Shown here: piece after piece, positions 19,735-31,604 of the stretch
Layout of the letters: every line of letters starts with the position of its first letter
Position numbering within the stretch: position 1 is the stretch's first letter
From: Vulcanimicrobiota bacterium
GTDB taxonomy: Bacteria > Vulcanimicrobiota > Vulcanimicrobiia > Vulcanimicrobiales > Vulcanimicrobiaceae
Length of the DNA: 64,000 bases
Direction of reading: 5' to 3'
Assembly (NCBI GenBank): GCA_963714015.1
Contig: OY970223.1
Span: 2,496,001 to 2,560,000 of the forward strand
Notes under the pieces: model-generated
Database searches by the model: none
Seen by the model: the letters and a program-made list of their open reading frames with translations, nothing else
What the model was told of the DNA's origin: nothing
Position numbers and translations under genes: made by a program

Positions 19735-22530
19735 GCCGAGGCGTGCCTGTGAGAAACTTCGAAAACCGGCGGATACAGCGCCGCCAGTTCCTCGGCGCTG
19801 ATGGCGCGCGAGTAGTAGTAGCCCTGACCGAAACGGCAGCCGGCGTTGCGCAGCACGTCACGTTGGCGCTGTGTTTCAATGCCTTCCGCAACGACGCGAA
19901 CGTCAAAGGCTTCCGCGAGCGTCATGAGGGTACGGACGATTGGCTCGCTTGCAACGTCGCCGTCCTGGCCGGCGACGAAAGAACGGTCGATCTTGATAGC
20001 GTCCACCTTGAACTGCTGTAAATACCGAAGGGATGAATAGCCGGTACCAAAGTCGTCGATGCAGATGCCGAATCCCTGCGCGCGAAGACGCTCCACCAGC
20101 GCGTTGGGGCGCGTGCCGGCATCCAGCACGATGCTTTCGGTGATCTCGAGCGTCAAATCGGACGGGTCGATTCCGGATTCGCGAACCGCGGCCAAAAGTG
20201 TCGACTCAAAATCCGAATCCAGCAGCTCTGCAGCGGAAACGTTCACGTTGATCGGCAAGACGCGATCCCGGCCCATCGCACGCTTCCAGCGAGCGGACTG
20301 TGCGCACGCCGTTCGCAAAACGAAACGTCCGATCGGCACCGCAAGACCCGTTTGCTCGGCGAGGGGCATGAAATCCGTCGGTCCGATCACCCCTTCAGCC
20401 GGATGATTCCATCGCAGCAGCGCTTCGCAACCGAAGAGCTCGCCGTCCGCCGTTTTCACGATCGGCTGGTAATGCAAGATAAACTCTCCGCGATCGAGCG
20501 CGAGGCGCAGATCAGTCGTCAGCTGTAAGCGTTTTTGCGCCCGGACGTGCATGCGCGAGTCGAAAACTGCAAACCGCGTCCCGCCGCTTCCCTTGGCGTG
20601 GCGCATGGCAATGTCCGCATCGCGCATAACGTCCTCGCCGCGCTGATAATTCGCCGATCCGATGGCGATACCGACACTGGCGGAAACGAATATGGAGCGG
20701 CTGCCGAGCGCTACCGGTTTAGCGAGTGCCGTCAGAATGCGCCGCGCAATGAGTTCGACGTGCAGAACGTCGGGCAGAGACTGCACGAGGACGGCGAACT
20801 CGTCGCTACCCAAACGGGCGACCACGTCGGCCGCTTCGATCGACGACCGCAGCCTATGAGCGACTTGCGAGATGACGAAGTCGCCGGCATCGTGGCCCAA
20901 ACTCTCGTTGATGTCTTTGAAGCGGTCGAGATCGACGAATAGCACTGCAAATGAAGACTCGGGCGATATTTTCAGCTGAAGGAACTGCTCTCGCACCTTG
21001 GTCTCGAAAAGCGCGCGGTTCGGCAAGCCCGTCAGCCCGTCGTGCGTCATGTCGTGCAGCATCCGGCGCTCGCTGCGCTTGAGTTCCGTAAGGTCGCGAA
21101 ACGTGCACATCGCGTAAAACGGATTACCGGAATCGTCCTTTACCAGCGAAACCGTGACGTCGGTCCACGCTTCGTGGCCGGAAGGCGTCATCACGTGCTG
21201 CTCGTACTCGAACAGATCGCTCTCGCCGCGCATCAACTCCGAGAATTCACGCTCGCGGCCCTCGAGCACGGCCGGTTCTCCGTCACCGTAGAAATGCCGA
21301 AAGACCGCATTTGCGTCGACGACGCGCCGGTTTCGATCGAGGATCGCAATGCCCAGTGCCGCGCCGTCAAACACCGCTCGGAACTGTGCCTCGCTGAGGC
21401 GCAGCGCGCGTTCGGCCGTTTGACGCGCGAGTTCGACGCTCAGCCGTTCGGATTCCTGACGAGCTTTCTGCAGGGCCAAGCGGTTACGGCGAGCCGTCAG
21501 TCTGGGAGACGAGCAACATGATTCCGAGCACCAGGGCCGCACCGCAAGCGGCGGCCGCATAGAGATAGCGATCGTGCTCGGTCTTGACGCGGACCCGATG
21601 TGCGAGCTGTCCGTCCAGTAGTCCGTACACGTCGCGACTCATCGTAACGGTCGCAGCGACCGCGGAGTCCGCACTTGCCCGCGTGGACGCCGCATTACCG
21701 GACGGCTGTGCTTTGACGACGACCTGAGCGTTCAGGGCGTTCATGAACTTGTCGCCCGCAGCTCGCATGCCTGCGTTGTCGCGCTCGTAACGGGAAACGT
21801 CCACCGACGAAGCGACGCCTTCGCGCCGCGCCGTGCTTAGCACCGAACCCCACTCGTCCGTCGTGAGGTCCAAATCTCCCTGATCCGTGGAGGCGCTGTC
21901 GAGCAGCCGCGCCAGCATGATGCGGTTCGGTATCGAAAGCGAACCGCCGGCTTGAGCGTTTTCGCCCAGAAAATCCGCGTGCATCAATTCGGCGATCGCT
22001 GCCGGAAGTTTGGCGAAGTACATATCCGCCAAGTCTTGCGTGGCGCGATCCGTCTCATATTCCAGACCGGACACGTCTTCCAAGCGATAGAGCAGAGCTT
22101 GGCCAAGGTCGCGCACTGCCGCATCCGAAGCCGGCACCGCAGCGCTGCTCCGCGAGCGAGCTGTGATCCAGTCGCCCCGAACTTTTTGCCAATCCGGCAG
22201 CATGCGAATTAGATCGTTCGTGCTGCGCGCCGACGCATCGACCGAGGCGATTTCGCGATCGATCTGCGCCCGAAGTCCAGGATACGCCGGAGCTTGCCGC
22301 AGCATTTGCGTGCGCACGCGATAGCGGTTCAAGTCGATAAATAGCGCCATTAGCGCGTGCTCGAACTGAACCGCGGCGCGCTCTCGCTTGAGCGTCGCCA
22401 CGCCGGTCCCGGCGTCGGCGGAGAGACGAAATGCCTGCCACAGGCTGAGCGCGAGCAGAACCGCTGCAACGGCGGTCAAACCGATACCGAATAACGCCCG
22501 CCAGGTGGGGGCCGCACGGCGGGGCTCCAT
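19731..22530 (-). CDS. Membrane sensor-PAS-GGDEF(GSDEF)-EAL protein (frameshift ~21505)
   Basis: ORF 21484..22530 (TM-periplasmic-TM) joins ORF 19731..21560 (PAS, RLGSDEF, CEALLRW, DDFGTGYSS) if one base of the homopolymer at 21504-21506 is removed. Confidence 0.87.
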
Positions 22531-22665
22531 TAAGCGCTTAAGGTTCGCGTCGTCTGGTACCAGTCATTTAGGACAAGCGTAAGGAACCCGCCGTCCTGTG
22601 GAAAGTCTGTGTTAACTATGCCGTTTCGCGAGCGATCGGCGTGTTGGCAAGCAGGCAAGCAGGGG

Positions 22666-22745
22666 TGGGGTGGCTGACGGGGATCGAACCCGCGACCTCT
22701 TAAGTCACAGTCAAGCGCTCTAACCAGTCTGAGCTGACAGCCACC
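22666..22745 (-). tRNA. tRNA-His(GTG)
   Basis: G-1 plus GTGGCTG/CAGCCAC acceptor stem, cttga-ctGTGac-ttaag, CCA. One extra C near position 8-9. Confidence 0.92.
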
Positions 22746-22765
22746 ACAAACGTTTGCGTTGAATA

Positions 22766-22838
<73 letters not shown>

Positions 22839-22940
22839 ATTTGCGGACGACGCCGGATAGCCCTCCGAGTGCGCTCCCCCGCAAGCGGCACCCGAACCAG
22901 AATACCATGCGGACGCAACTCGCTATTACCGCGGACGAAT

Positions 22941-23018
22941 TGGTCGGGGCGACAGGACTTGAACCTGCGATCCTCTCGGACCCAAACCGAGCGCTCTACC
23001 AAGCTGAGCTACGCCCCG
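22941..23018 (-). tRNA. tRNA-Pro(TGG)
   Basis: CGGGGCG/CGCCCCG acceptor stem, ctcgg-ttTGGgt-ccgag, GGTTCAAGTCC, CCA. Confidence 0.95.
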
Positions 23019-23095
23019 AAATCCGCCTTGAACCATTTAAAATCACGGGCTGTTTTCCTGCGACGGCAATTAGTACATCATACGATGCGGTGAGA

Positions 23096-24235
23096 TCACT
23101 TTAGAAATTTCGAAAGCATCGCCGCAGTCTGGTCGCCTCCGGTCCACGACGTCAAAATGCGCCCGTCGCGACCGATCAGATAGTGCGCCGGCAGCGCCGT
23201 TACGCGATATAGTCGCTGAATCGATCCGGACGGTCCCTCGACGATCTGCGGCCAAGAGGCACCATTACGCGAAGTGAACGCGCGTACGAGATTTTGCGAG
23301 TCGTCGGCCGATACGCCGATCACCGAAAGACCGCGCTGCTGCACCTGCTTGTAACGCTTCGCCATTTGCGACATCTCTTTTTGGCACGGCTCGCAGTACG
23401 TCGACCAAAAATCGAGGAGAACCCGACCTCCATGGTATTGTGAGAGCGCGACGACTCGGCCGTCAATGCCGCGTGCCGAAAAGGCCGGAGCAGCCGTGCC
23501 GGGCTTCAGCGACGGACGGTCCGCCAGCGTGTACGGCAATGGCGTGAGCGAGAGTGCTTCGCCCGCGGGTGCTACGCGGAATGTAAAGGATCGCCCGAAC
23601 AAGTTCAGATGACGTTCATCCAAGCTGTAGCGCTGCAGCCCTTCGGAACTGCCGATAACCACAGATTGCCCAATATCGTACCGGCCGGAACTCCCGTACA
23701 AATTGAACGCTGCACGACGATTGCCGAGGACGATCTCGCCGTGCCGAACGGTTCCTTCCGAAATCCACAATGCCCGCTGGTAAGTATTCGCTCGCGTGAA
23801 ATGATGTTCGACGATCGTAAACTCGCAAGGGTATGAGTCGCCCTTCCGCGCGACCATTACGCGCAGCCGGTAAATCCCGTGAGCTTTCTTAAACTGCAGC
23901 GGTCGCGCCGCGGCCAAATTGCCGTCGCCGTGCAGGTCCAGGTACAACGTCCACCCGCGAGCGTTGGAGCCCTCGAGAATCCAGCTTCTGTTCTGGTTGT
24001 CCACCACGACGTTAAAGCCGAAGCGGGCGTCCGGTGAGAGGTGCGGCGGCAGCCTCCGGATTGGAATGAACGAGCGCATCGATTGCAACCCAGCGACTTC
24101 GGCGCGATACGCGCTGAACGTCATCGGGACGAAGTAACCGCCGTTCGCATCGTCCGGCTGCGGCGGCCCTGCACTAAAGCTGTACGTTGCCTGTGCGGCG
24201 AAAGCGAGCAGCAAGGCTGCCGGCAGGTAGTTCAT
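23096..24235 (-). CDS. Secreted protein with C-terminal TlpA/redoxin domain
   Basis: Signal peptide, SD AGGAGG, C-terminal LLDFWSTYCEPC and LPAHYLIGRDG. Confidence 0.85.
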   Translation of the reverse strand: MNYLPAALLLAFAAQATYSFSAGPPQPDDANGGYFVPMTFSAYRAEVAGLQSMRSFIPIRRLPPHLSPDARFGFNVVVDNQNRSWILEGSNARGWTLYLDLHGDGNLAAARPLQFKKAHGIYRLRVMVARKGDSYPCEFTIVEHHFTRANTYQRALWISEGTVRHGEIVLGNRRAAFNLYGSSGRYDIGQSVVIGSSEGLQRYSLDERHLNLFGRSFTFRVAPAGEALSLTPLPYTLADRPSLKPGTAAPAFSARGIDGRVVALSQYHGGRVLLDFWSTYCEPCQKEMSQMAKRYKQVQQRGLSVIGVSADDSQNLVRAFTSRNGASWPQIVEGPSGSIQRLYRVTALPAHYLIGRDGRILTSWTGGDQTAAMLSKFLK

Positions 24236-24425
24236 CAGGCCTCCTAACGAGCGCGCAAAAATCGGATTGCTTCTTTTTATCTACGGCCCGCAGAATTCTT
24301 TTCGTAAATATAACGCCGCGCTCGTCACTTCCGGCCCCGCCGTACCGATATTCAATAACAGCCGCTGCGTGGGCGGCTTCGCTGCGACCCTTCCTCAGGT
24401 ATGGAGCTTCGAGAACCCGCAGTTT

Positions 24426-24458
24426 AAAGAGACGCCGGCTGAGCCCGGCGTCTTTTTC
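24426..24458. terminator. Bidirectional terminator after the GNAT gene
   Basis: aaagagacgccgg-ctgagc-ccggcgtcttttt. Confidence 0.7.
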
Positions 24459-24464
24459 GTTTTC

Positions 24465-25325
24465 TCAGAACAGCAGCGAATGAAAACCGACGTAGCGCGA
24501 AAGATCCGCTGCGCCGCTGTCGCTGGCAAATATCCGTACTCCCTCGAGCGTTAGCCCGGCGCGCATTGCGGCGCGCATGATCCGGATATTGGTCCCAGGA
24601 ACCATGGCCGTGCACCATGACGCACCATACGACTGGCGCAGCGTCGCCAGTGCGAACGCGAAGAACTGCGTCAAGTAGGAAGCTGAGGCCGCGCACATGG
24701 GCCCGATGCGTCCGCTCGGCCAGACGTATACGTAACCCGCCAATTCCTCATCGCGCCGGAAGATGAAGCCGCGGCCGTTTTCGCAAAAGTACAGGTGATC
24801 CAGCGGCCGGGCGCTTCCGCGCGCCTCGCGGTCGAGCTGTCCAACGGCGGACCGATGGCCCACCGGGTCTAGCGGTTCGGTAATGAAGCGATAATCGCCG
24901 GCCGCCATGCGCAGCAGTTCGTTCTCGTGCGGGATGGCGCCGGAGACGTCCAAGATCGGTGTGTGCAGCGCAACACCGCGGCGCAGGAAGAATGCGAGCG
25001 CACCCAATTCCGATGGCTCGATCAATCCGCTGCGCGCGGCATCGCCTGCTTCTCTATCAGCCTGCGTGAGAAGCTTCCAACCGACACCGCGCATCTGAAA
25101 CGAGGGTTCGACGAAGATCTCGCTCATGAACCACTCGTCTTCGAGCGCGTGCGGAATGGCGATGCCGATAGGTGTGCCTTCGTCTTTCGCGACGTAAACG
25201 CCGCTGGGCGCCACGTGCGCTAAATCGACGTACAGTTTGCGCGCATGTTCGTCGCGCCAGCGCCGCCGGGCGAAATGCGCCACGTCGTCCGCCGATGCGA
25301 CGGCGATAAGCGCTTCTTCAGACAC
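24465..25325 (-). CDS. GNAT-family N-acetyltransferase
   Basis: IFVEPSFQMRGVGWKLL acetyl-CoA motif, overlaps the rdgB stop. Confidence 0.8.
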   Translation of the reverse strand: MSEEALIAVASADDVAHFARRRWRDEHARKLYVDLAHVAPSGVYVAKDEGTPIGIAIPHALEDEWFMSEIFVEPSFQMRGVGWKLLTQADREAGDAARSGLIEPSELGALAFFLRRGVALHTPILDVSGAIPHENELLRMAAGDYRFITEPLDPVGHRSAVGQLDREARGSARPLDHLYFCENGRGFIFRRDEELAGYVYVWPSGRIGPMCAASASYLTQFFAFALATLRQSYGASWCTAMVPGTNIRIMRAAMRAGLTLEGVRIFASDSGAADLSRYVGFHSLLF

Positions 25326-25914
25326 GGCGTCTCAACGCCTCGAGGAGCGATTGCGCCGCGCGAGCGCGGTGACTTATGCGGTTCTTATCTTCTTCCGGCA
25401 TCTCCGCAAACGTGCGATCGGCGGGCGGGTACCAAAAGATCGGATCGTAGCCGAAACCGAAACGGCCACGCTCCTCGTCGGTAAGCACCCCTTCCACCTC
25501 ACCGTAGGCAGCAAACTCTTCGCCGCTCTCCAAAACGAGCACAATCGCACAGCAGAACTTCGCGCCGCGATCCCGCACGGGGGTCGTCGAGAGTTCTTCG
25601 AGCAATTTTTCGCGGCGCTGCGGCCACGGGATCTCGCGGCCGCCGTATCTTGCCGAGTGTACGCCGGGCCGTCCGCCTAGCGCAGCCACCTCGATTCCGG
25701 AATCGTCCGCGAGGACCGCGCCCTGAACGCCCGCGTCGCGCAGTTGACGGTATAGGCTGCGGGCTTTCGATTCCGCGTTTCCCGCATAAGTCGGTTCGTC
25801 TTCCGGCGCCTCCGCGTACAGCGGATACGTGTCCAACTCGAGTTCGCTTCCGGCAAAGATGGCCTTCAGCTCATCGAGCTTCCCCAGGTTTTTGGTCGCT
25901 ACGAAAGTTTTCAC
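25318..25914 (-). CDS. rdgB: Non-canonical purine NTP pyrophosphatase (RdgB/HAM1)
   Basis: ATKNLGK, ADDSG, PGVHSARY, GFGYDPIF, ISHR. Confidence 0.96.
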   Translation of the reverse strand: MKTFVATKNLGKLDELKAIFAGSELELDTYPLYAEAPEDEPTYAGNAESKARSLYRQLRDAGVQGAVLADDSGIEVAALGGRPGVHSARYGGREIPWPQRREKLLEELSTTPVRDRGAKFCCAIVLVLESGEEFAAYGEVEGVLTDEERGRFGFGYDPIFWYPPADRTFAEMPEEDKNRISHRARAAQSLLEALRRRV

Positions 25915-25933
25915 CGCGCCCTGACCAGGCACG

Positions 25934-27751
25934 CTAATCCTCTAGACGCAGAACGGCCATGAACGCTTCCTGCGGAAGATCGACGCGGCCCACGCGCTTC
26001 ATGCGTTCCTTGCCGACCTTCTGCTTCTCCAGCAGCTTGCGCTTGCGGGTGATGTCGCCGCCGTAGCACTTGGCCAGGACGTTTTTTCGTATGGCGCTCA
26101 CGGTTTCGCGCGCAACGATCTTTCCGCCGATAGCCGCTTGAATCGGCACTTCGAACATCTGACGCGGAATTAGTTCTTTGAGCTTCTCCGTGAGCGCGCG
26201 GCCGCGCGCGGCTGCCCGCTCCCGCGAGACGATGAACGAGAGCGCATCGACCACCTCGGCATTCAGCAGAATCTCGAGCTTCACGAGATCGCCTTCGCGG
26301 TAGCCGATCACCTCGTAGTCCAGCGATGCGTAACCCTTCGTCCGGGACTTCAATTGATCGAAATAATCGATGATTACCTCGATCAGCGGCATCTCGTAGG
26401 TCAGAATGACACGGCCGTCGTGCAAGTATTCCATGTTGCTCAGCGTGCCGCGCCGCGCTTGCGTAATCTCCATGATGCCGCCCACGTAATCCGGCGGCGT
26501 GATGATCGTGGCCTTGACGTACGGCTCTTCGATCGATCGGATAAGATTCATCACCGGAAGTTTGCTCGGGTTGTCGATCATCTCGACTTTCCCGTCCGTC
26601 ATGGTTGCGCGGAAGACGACCGAAGGCGAAGTCGCAATCAGGTCGAGGCCGTAGTTGCGTTCCAGTCGCTCCTGCACGATCTCCATGTGCAGCAGGCCCA
26701 AGAATCCGCAGCGAAAGCCGAAACCGAGCGCGACGGACGTCTCCGGCTCGTAGGTGAACGCCGCGTCGTTCAGTTTCAATTTCTCGAGCGCGTCGCGCAG
26801 CGCCGAATACTCCGCGCCTTCGTTCGGATATAATCCACAGTACACCATCGGAACGGCTTTGCGATATCCGGGCAACGGCACGTGCGCGGGATTGTTCGCC
26901 TGCGTAATGGTATCGCCTACGTCGATTTCCCCGAGCGATTTGATGTTTGCGATAACGTAACCGACTCCGCCGAGTTCGAGCTTCTCCACGGGCCGCATCT
27001 GCGGGCTGAAAACGCCCACCTCGGTACACTCGTAGACGTGTTGATGCGCCATCGACATGAACTTGGTTCCGGCAGCGAGCACACCGTCCGCGACGCGAAC
27101 GTAACTCACGACGCCGCGATACGGATCGAACTGCGCGTTGAAGACCAGTGCGCGCAAGTGATCGCGGTGTCCCTTGGGCGGCGGAATGCGCTGCACGACC
27201 GCTTCCAGAATTTCTTCGATGCCGATTCCCTGCTTCGCACTAGCGAGAATGCACTCGCTCTTCTCGATGATCAGCAGCTCTTCGACCTCGCCCATCACAC
27301 GCTCGGGATCCGCCGCGGGCAAATCGATTTTGTTGATCACCGGAATGATCGTCAGGTCGTGCTCGAGCGCGAGGTGATAATTGGCGAGCGTTTGCGCCTC
27401 GATGCCCTGGGCGGCGTCGATGATCAGGATCGCACCCTCGCAGGCCGCCAGCGATCGCGAAACTTCGTACGAGAAGTCGACATGCCCCGGGGTGTCGATG
27501 AGATTGAGCCGATACGTCTTTCCGTCCGTAGATGGATAGTTCAGGGTCACCGGATGCATCCGGATCGTGATGCCGCGCTCGCGCTCCAGGTCCATCGCGT
27601 CGAGCGCCTGCTCTTCCATGTCGCGCAGTTCGATGGTCCGCGTCATCTCCAGCAGACGATCCGAAAGCGTCGTCTTGCCGTGGTCGATGTGCGCGATGAT
27701 GCAGAAGTTGCGGACGTTCTCCGCCACTTCCGGACGATGCGGTGAGGTCAT
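25934..27751 (-). CDS. lepA: Elongation factor 4 (LepA)
   Basis: [53 protein letters not shown]. Confidence 0.99.
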   Translation of the reverse strand: MTSPHRPEVAENVRNFCIIAHIDHGKTTLSDRLLEMTRTIELRDMEEQALDAMDLERERGITIRMHPVTLNYPSTDGKTYRLNLIDTPGHVDFSYEVSRSLAACEGAILIIDAAQGIEAQTLANYHLALEHDLTIIPVINKIDLPAADPERVMGEVEELLIIEKSECILASAKQGIGIEEILEAVVQRIPPPKGHRDHLRALVFNAQFDPYRGVVSYVRVADGVLAAGTKFMSMAHQHVYECTEVGVFSPQMRPVEKLELGGVGYVIANIKSLGEIDVGDTITQANNPAHVPLPGYRKAVPMVYCGLYPNEGAEYSALRDALEKLKLNDAAFTYEPETSVALGFGFRCGFLGLLHMEIVQERLERNYGLDLIATSPSVVFRATMTDGKVEMIDNPSKLPVMNLIRSIEEPYVKATIITPPDYVGGIMEITQARRGTLSNMEYLHDGRVILTYEMPLIEVIIDYFDQLKSRTKGYASLDYEVIGYREGDLVKLEILLNAEVVDALSFIVSRERAAARGRALTEKLKELIPRQMFEVPIQAAIGGKIVARETVSAIRKNVLAKCYGGDITRKRKLLEKQKVGKERMKRVGRVDLPQEAFMAVLRLED

Positions 27752-27752
27752 C

Positions 27753-28022
27753 TCAGTAGCAGGCGAAGATTTGCGGACGGATGAGGAAGTTGTCGATCAC
27801 CCACAATATCGCCAGCAGCGCTATGAACGCCAAATCGAAGCCTCCGACCGGCGGAATGACGCGGCGCAGCGGCTGGAGCAGCGGTTCCACGAGCATATCG
27901 ACGTACCGGCTCCAACTGCCGCGCAGATCCGGGACCCACGAAAGGACGGCGTACAAGAGCATCACGAGCGTATAAAGCCAAATTATTTTGTCGAGAGCCG
28001 AGGCAAGCTGACACCAGATCAC
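27753..28022 (-). CDS. YggT family membrane protein
   Basis: [25 protein letters not shown] signature. Confidence 0.9.
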   Translation of the reverse strand: MIWCQLASALDKIIWLYTLVMLLYAVLSWVPDLRGSWSRYVDMLVEPLLQPLRRVIPPVGGFDLAFIALLAILWVIDNFLIRPQIFACY

Positions 28023-28073
28023 GCCGCTGCCTTTCGAGCAGTGACCGATAAACCCCGGTTGCGGGCCGCCGGC

Positions 28074-28955
28074 CTACGGCAGCGACGCCAGAACCTTGGG
28101 CGGAACACCCTTCAGGTACGGTGTGGGATCGACTGGGACGCCGTTAAGCATCACTTGATAGTGCAGGTGCGGACCCGTTGAAAAACCGGTCGAGCCGACC
28201 AGGCCGATGGCCTGCCCTTTGTGGACGTATGCGCCCGGCGTTACGTCCATGCGCGAGAGATGCGCGTACCAGGTGTGGTAGCCGTTGCCGTGATCGATGT
28301 CGATCTTCTCGCCGAAGCCGCCGTCCCAGCCGGCGCTCGCAACCGTTCCGGCAGCCGCTGCGCGGACGACGTCGCCGTAATCAGCTCCAAGATCGACGCC
28401 GGGATGAAATTCGCTATCCGGATAGCTGCGGTAGCAGAAGCAGCCGATCACGTCCGCGCCGTCGACCGGGTCGATCGACGGAATCGCGGCGAGCGCCTCG
28501 GCGCGCGCCAGTTCTTGCAAGTGTCGCACGTTCAGCACATGCATGGTCAATCGGCGCAGCAGGTTGGATTCGGCGCTCGTCTGATCTGCCTCGGCGGCCA
28601 GCGCGTCGATGGAGTGCCTGATTTCGCTCGTCTTCTGCACTGCGTGAACGCCGATGAGCTGCTGAATCTCCAAGTTTTGGTGCTGGATGTGCTGGAGCTG
28701 CCGGCGAATAGCCGCCGTCTTCGTGTCGATCGTACGCAACTGCTCCCGCTGCCGATTGGCCAACGATTGGAGCGCGGCCACCTGCGCGTGGGCCCGCCAC
28801 ATTTGCACGGCGCCGGCTCCCAGTGAGCCCAGGATCAACCCGCCGAGGACGATGCAGGCCGCAACGATGTGCCGCCGCTGCACCTCGAATCGCAAGACCC
28901 TCTCGCCGCGATGCGGGATGATCTTAACGAAGTAGCGTTCTTTGAGTTTGATCAC
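28074..28955 (-). CDS. M23 family peptidase (TM, coiled coil, LytM domain)
   Basis: HPGVDLG, TWYAHL, GFSTGPHLHY. GTG start overlaps the upstream stop. Confidence 0.92.
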   Translation of the reverse strand: MIKLKERYFVKIIPHRGERVLRFEVQRRHIVAACIVLGGLILGSLGAGAVQMWRAHAQVAALQSLANRQREQLRTIDTKTAAIRRQLQHIQHQNLEIQQLIGVHAVQKTSEIRHSIDALAAEADQTSAESNLLRRLTMHVLNVRHLQELARAEALAAIPSIDPVDGADVIGCFCYRSYPDSEFHPGVDLGADYGDVVRAAAAGTVASAGWDGGFGEKIDIDHGNGYHTWYAHLSRMDVTPGAYVHKGQAIGLVGSTGFSTGPHLHYQVMLNGVPVDPTPYLKGVPPKVLASLP

Positions 28956-29440
28956 AACGCCGCGCGCGCCTTGGAAATGGCATCTTTTTCCTCCGCAGAA
29001 GCAGTCACTACCGGTTCGAAGCCGCGAACGGCTTTTCCGAAGGTCCGCGTATCCGTGCGGGAATAAATACTCGTCAGCACTACGCCGTCGCCCTCGCGAT
29101 TGAGCAGTGCCAGCGCGTAGGACAGTTCCGAACCACTGTCTTGAAAAGCATCGTACCGGACGAATCCGATGCGAGAAACGTCGGTTCGAGACAGCGCGTC
29201 GAGTTCGCGTAAAGCCGACTCCGCCCTCTCGGCACGCCGGGCAAGCTCGCCATGGCCTTGTTCTAAGGAAGACAGGCGCGAAGTCGCACGGCTGGAGCCG
29301 CCTGCGAGCAGTTCGTCGTGGGTCGCGAGCATCGTCTCGTGGGCGTGAAGCGCAGGCTTGACCACCCCAAAGTGATAGACGACCAGGGCTAAAAGCGCCG
29401 CAGCAAGCGCCGCGCACGCGGCATAAATCTCCGGTTGCAT
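28952..29440 (-). CDS. DUF4446 family protein
   Basis: N-terminal TM, VRYDAF..GSELSYALALL..GDGVVLTSIYSR..R.FGK. Confidence 0.85.
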   Translation of the reverse strand: MQPEIYAACAALAAALLALVVYHFGVVKPALHAHETMLATHDELLAGGSSRATSRLSSLEQGHGELARRAERAESALRELDALSRTDVSRIGFVRYDAFQDSGSELSYALALLNREGDGVVLTSIYSRTDTRTFGKAVRGFEPVVTASAEEKDAISKARAAL

Positions 29441-29462
29441 AATATATGGCAGGAACCACGGC

Positions 29463-29564
29463 GAGGACCAGGGAGTGCCCGGCACCCGTGAAGGCTCGCT
29501 TACCGTTGCTTCCTTCCGGATCTGGCGGGGTTCACGAGTTCACGCCGCGGGCAGCCCGGCCCCC
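29463..29564 (-). ncRNA. ffs: Signal recognition particle RNA (small bacterial type)
   Basis: Long hairpin with the conserved helix-8 motif GCCAGATCCGGAAGGAAGCAAC, and an extended -10 TGGTATCAT upstream. Confidence 0.93.
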
Positions 29565-29632
29565 GTCATGGCTCGAAGCATGATACCACGGCCGACCAGG
29601 GCGGGTGCAAGCCGCTCCCGTAGCAGTGGGCC

Positions 29633-31604
29633 ATGATTTCAGTAGCCGCCGGCACGATTGCCTGGAACCTCACCGCCGCCCAAATCAACGCGACTTGCAA
29701 GGCGGCCATTCAGACGACGAAAACCCAAGCCGCCCGCCTCGAGGCATACAACGGTCCGAAGAACTTCGCAAACGTCGTGCTGCCCCTCGAGAATATGAAC
29801 GCCGATCTAAGTGACGAAACGGTCGCGCAGACGTTTTTGCTGTACGTTGCGCCGGCTAAAGACGTTCGCGACGCTTCGCTGCAATGCGGCAACGACGAAT
29901 CGGCCCTCACGAACGAGCTGCAGGCTAACCCGAAGATCTATGCCGATCTTGCGGCGGCTCAGAAAAGCGCAACCGCAAAAAATCCCTATCAGCGAAAGCT
30001 TCTTTGGTTTTGGCTGGATACTTACAAGCGCAGCGGCGCCGGGCTCCCCGCTGCTAAGCGTAACGAATTCGTGAAGCTGAGCAACCAGCTGAACGATCTG
30101 GAGAACCGCTACGGTGCCAATCTGGCCAACGACGCGACCACCATAACGATTACGCCGGCGCAGGCCGCATCGCTTCCCGCAGACTTCACGGCCGGACTGG
30201 ATCGCAGTGGCGAGCGGTTACGCCGTTCCGGTTAACGAAAGCACCTATGCGCGGTTCATGCAAAACGAAAGCGACGAATCGGCGCGCAAGGCATTCTATC
30301 AGGCGTACGACAATCGCCAAGCCGGCCCCAACACGCAGTTGCTCGAGCAGGCCATTGCCATTCGAGACCGTCTGGCGCACGTGATGGGCTATCAAACCTG
30401 GGCGGCATATCAACTCTCGGATCGCATGGCCGGTAATCCGCAGCGCGTCATGGCGTTTCTGAACGATCTCGACAGGCGTGCGATGCCGCAGGCGAAAGCC
30501 GACGCCGCGCGCCTAGCCCAACTCAAAGCGCAAGATCAGAAGGCGCCCGGCGCCGCACTCCAGCCGTGGGATCTCACGTACTACGGAAACGTGCTGCGTA
30601 AGACGCAGTACGCGGTGGACGCCAATCAGGTTCGCCAGTACTTTCCCGTACAGCATACGATCGATGCGGTGCTGCAGATCTATCACACCTTGCTCAGCGT
30701 CGACTTCAAGCCGGTGCAGCCCGCAAACGCGTGGTCCGGGGACGTGCTCGAGTACGCAGTCAGCGATTCCCGCACCGGCAAGTTCATCGGAACGACGTAC
30801 TTCGATCTGTATCCGCGCCCCGGAAAGTATAGCCATTTCGCCAATTTTTCGATCTTGCCCGGACGGCAAATCGGCAACGCTTACCGCCCGCCGATCGCGG
30901 TGATCGTCGGCAACTGGCCTAAACCGGCGCCGGGGAATCCCGCGTTGCTCAGCCACGCGGACGTCGTCACATTCTTCCATGAATTCGGACACAATCTGGC
31001 CACGCTGCTCTCAACCGCGCCGTACGAGATGCTGTCGCAGCCCTTCATTCAGGACTTCGTGGAAGCTCCCTCACAAATGCTTGAGAACTTCGTTTGGCAG
31101 CCCTCGGTCCTCAAACAGATCAGTTCGAATTGGAAGACCGGTCAGCCGCTTCCGGACGATTTGATAGCCAAGATGGTGCGCGCACGCTACGTCAACTTCG
31201 CCCTCGGCGTCACGCAGCAGGTAGCACTCTCACAAATCGACATGGCATATCACACCAGCGGACCGCACGTCGATACGACCGCCGTCTGGGACCAGCTCTG
31301 GTCGCAGCTCTCGCCCGTGCCGGAAGATCCCGCGGATCATCCTCAAGCCAGCTTTACCCACTTGATGGGCGGGTACGACGCCGGTTACTACGGGTACTTG
31401 TGGTCGCAGGTTTATGCTCAAGATCTCTTTACCGCATTTCAGCGTGCGGGACTGGAGAATCCGCAAGTGGGCATGCGCTATCGTCAAGACATTCTTCAAC
31501 CTTCGCGCACTTACGATCCGGACGTCGAAGTCAAACGCTTCTTGGGCCGTCCGATGAGTCCTAACGCCTTCTATCAGCAATTCAGCCAGGAGCAGTCGCC
31601 ATGA
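29633..31604 (+). CDS. M3 family metallopeptidase (thimet oligopeptidase-like; frameshift ~30211)
   Basis: DLYPRPGKY, FFHEFGH, DFVEAPSQMLE, GYDAGYYGYLWS. Two ORFs join by removing one base. Confidence 0.92.

Noticed and set aside
22645..22665. Short tandem repeat (gcaagcag x2) after tRNA-His
   Set aside because: Too short to distinguish from chance and unrelated to the tRNA sequence
28956..29459. N-terminal extension of the M23 peptidase ORF to 29459
   Set aside because: This region is occupied by the DUF4446 gene in another frame; the peptidase start fits GTG 28955
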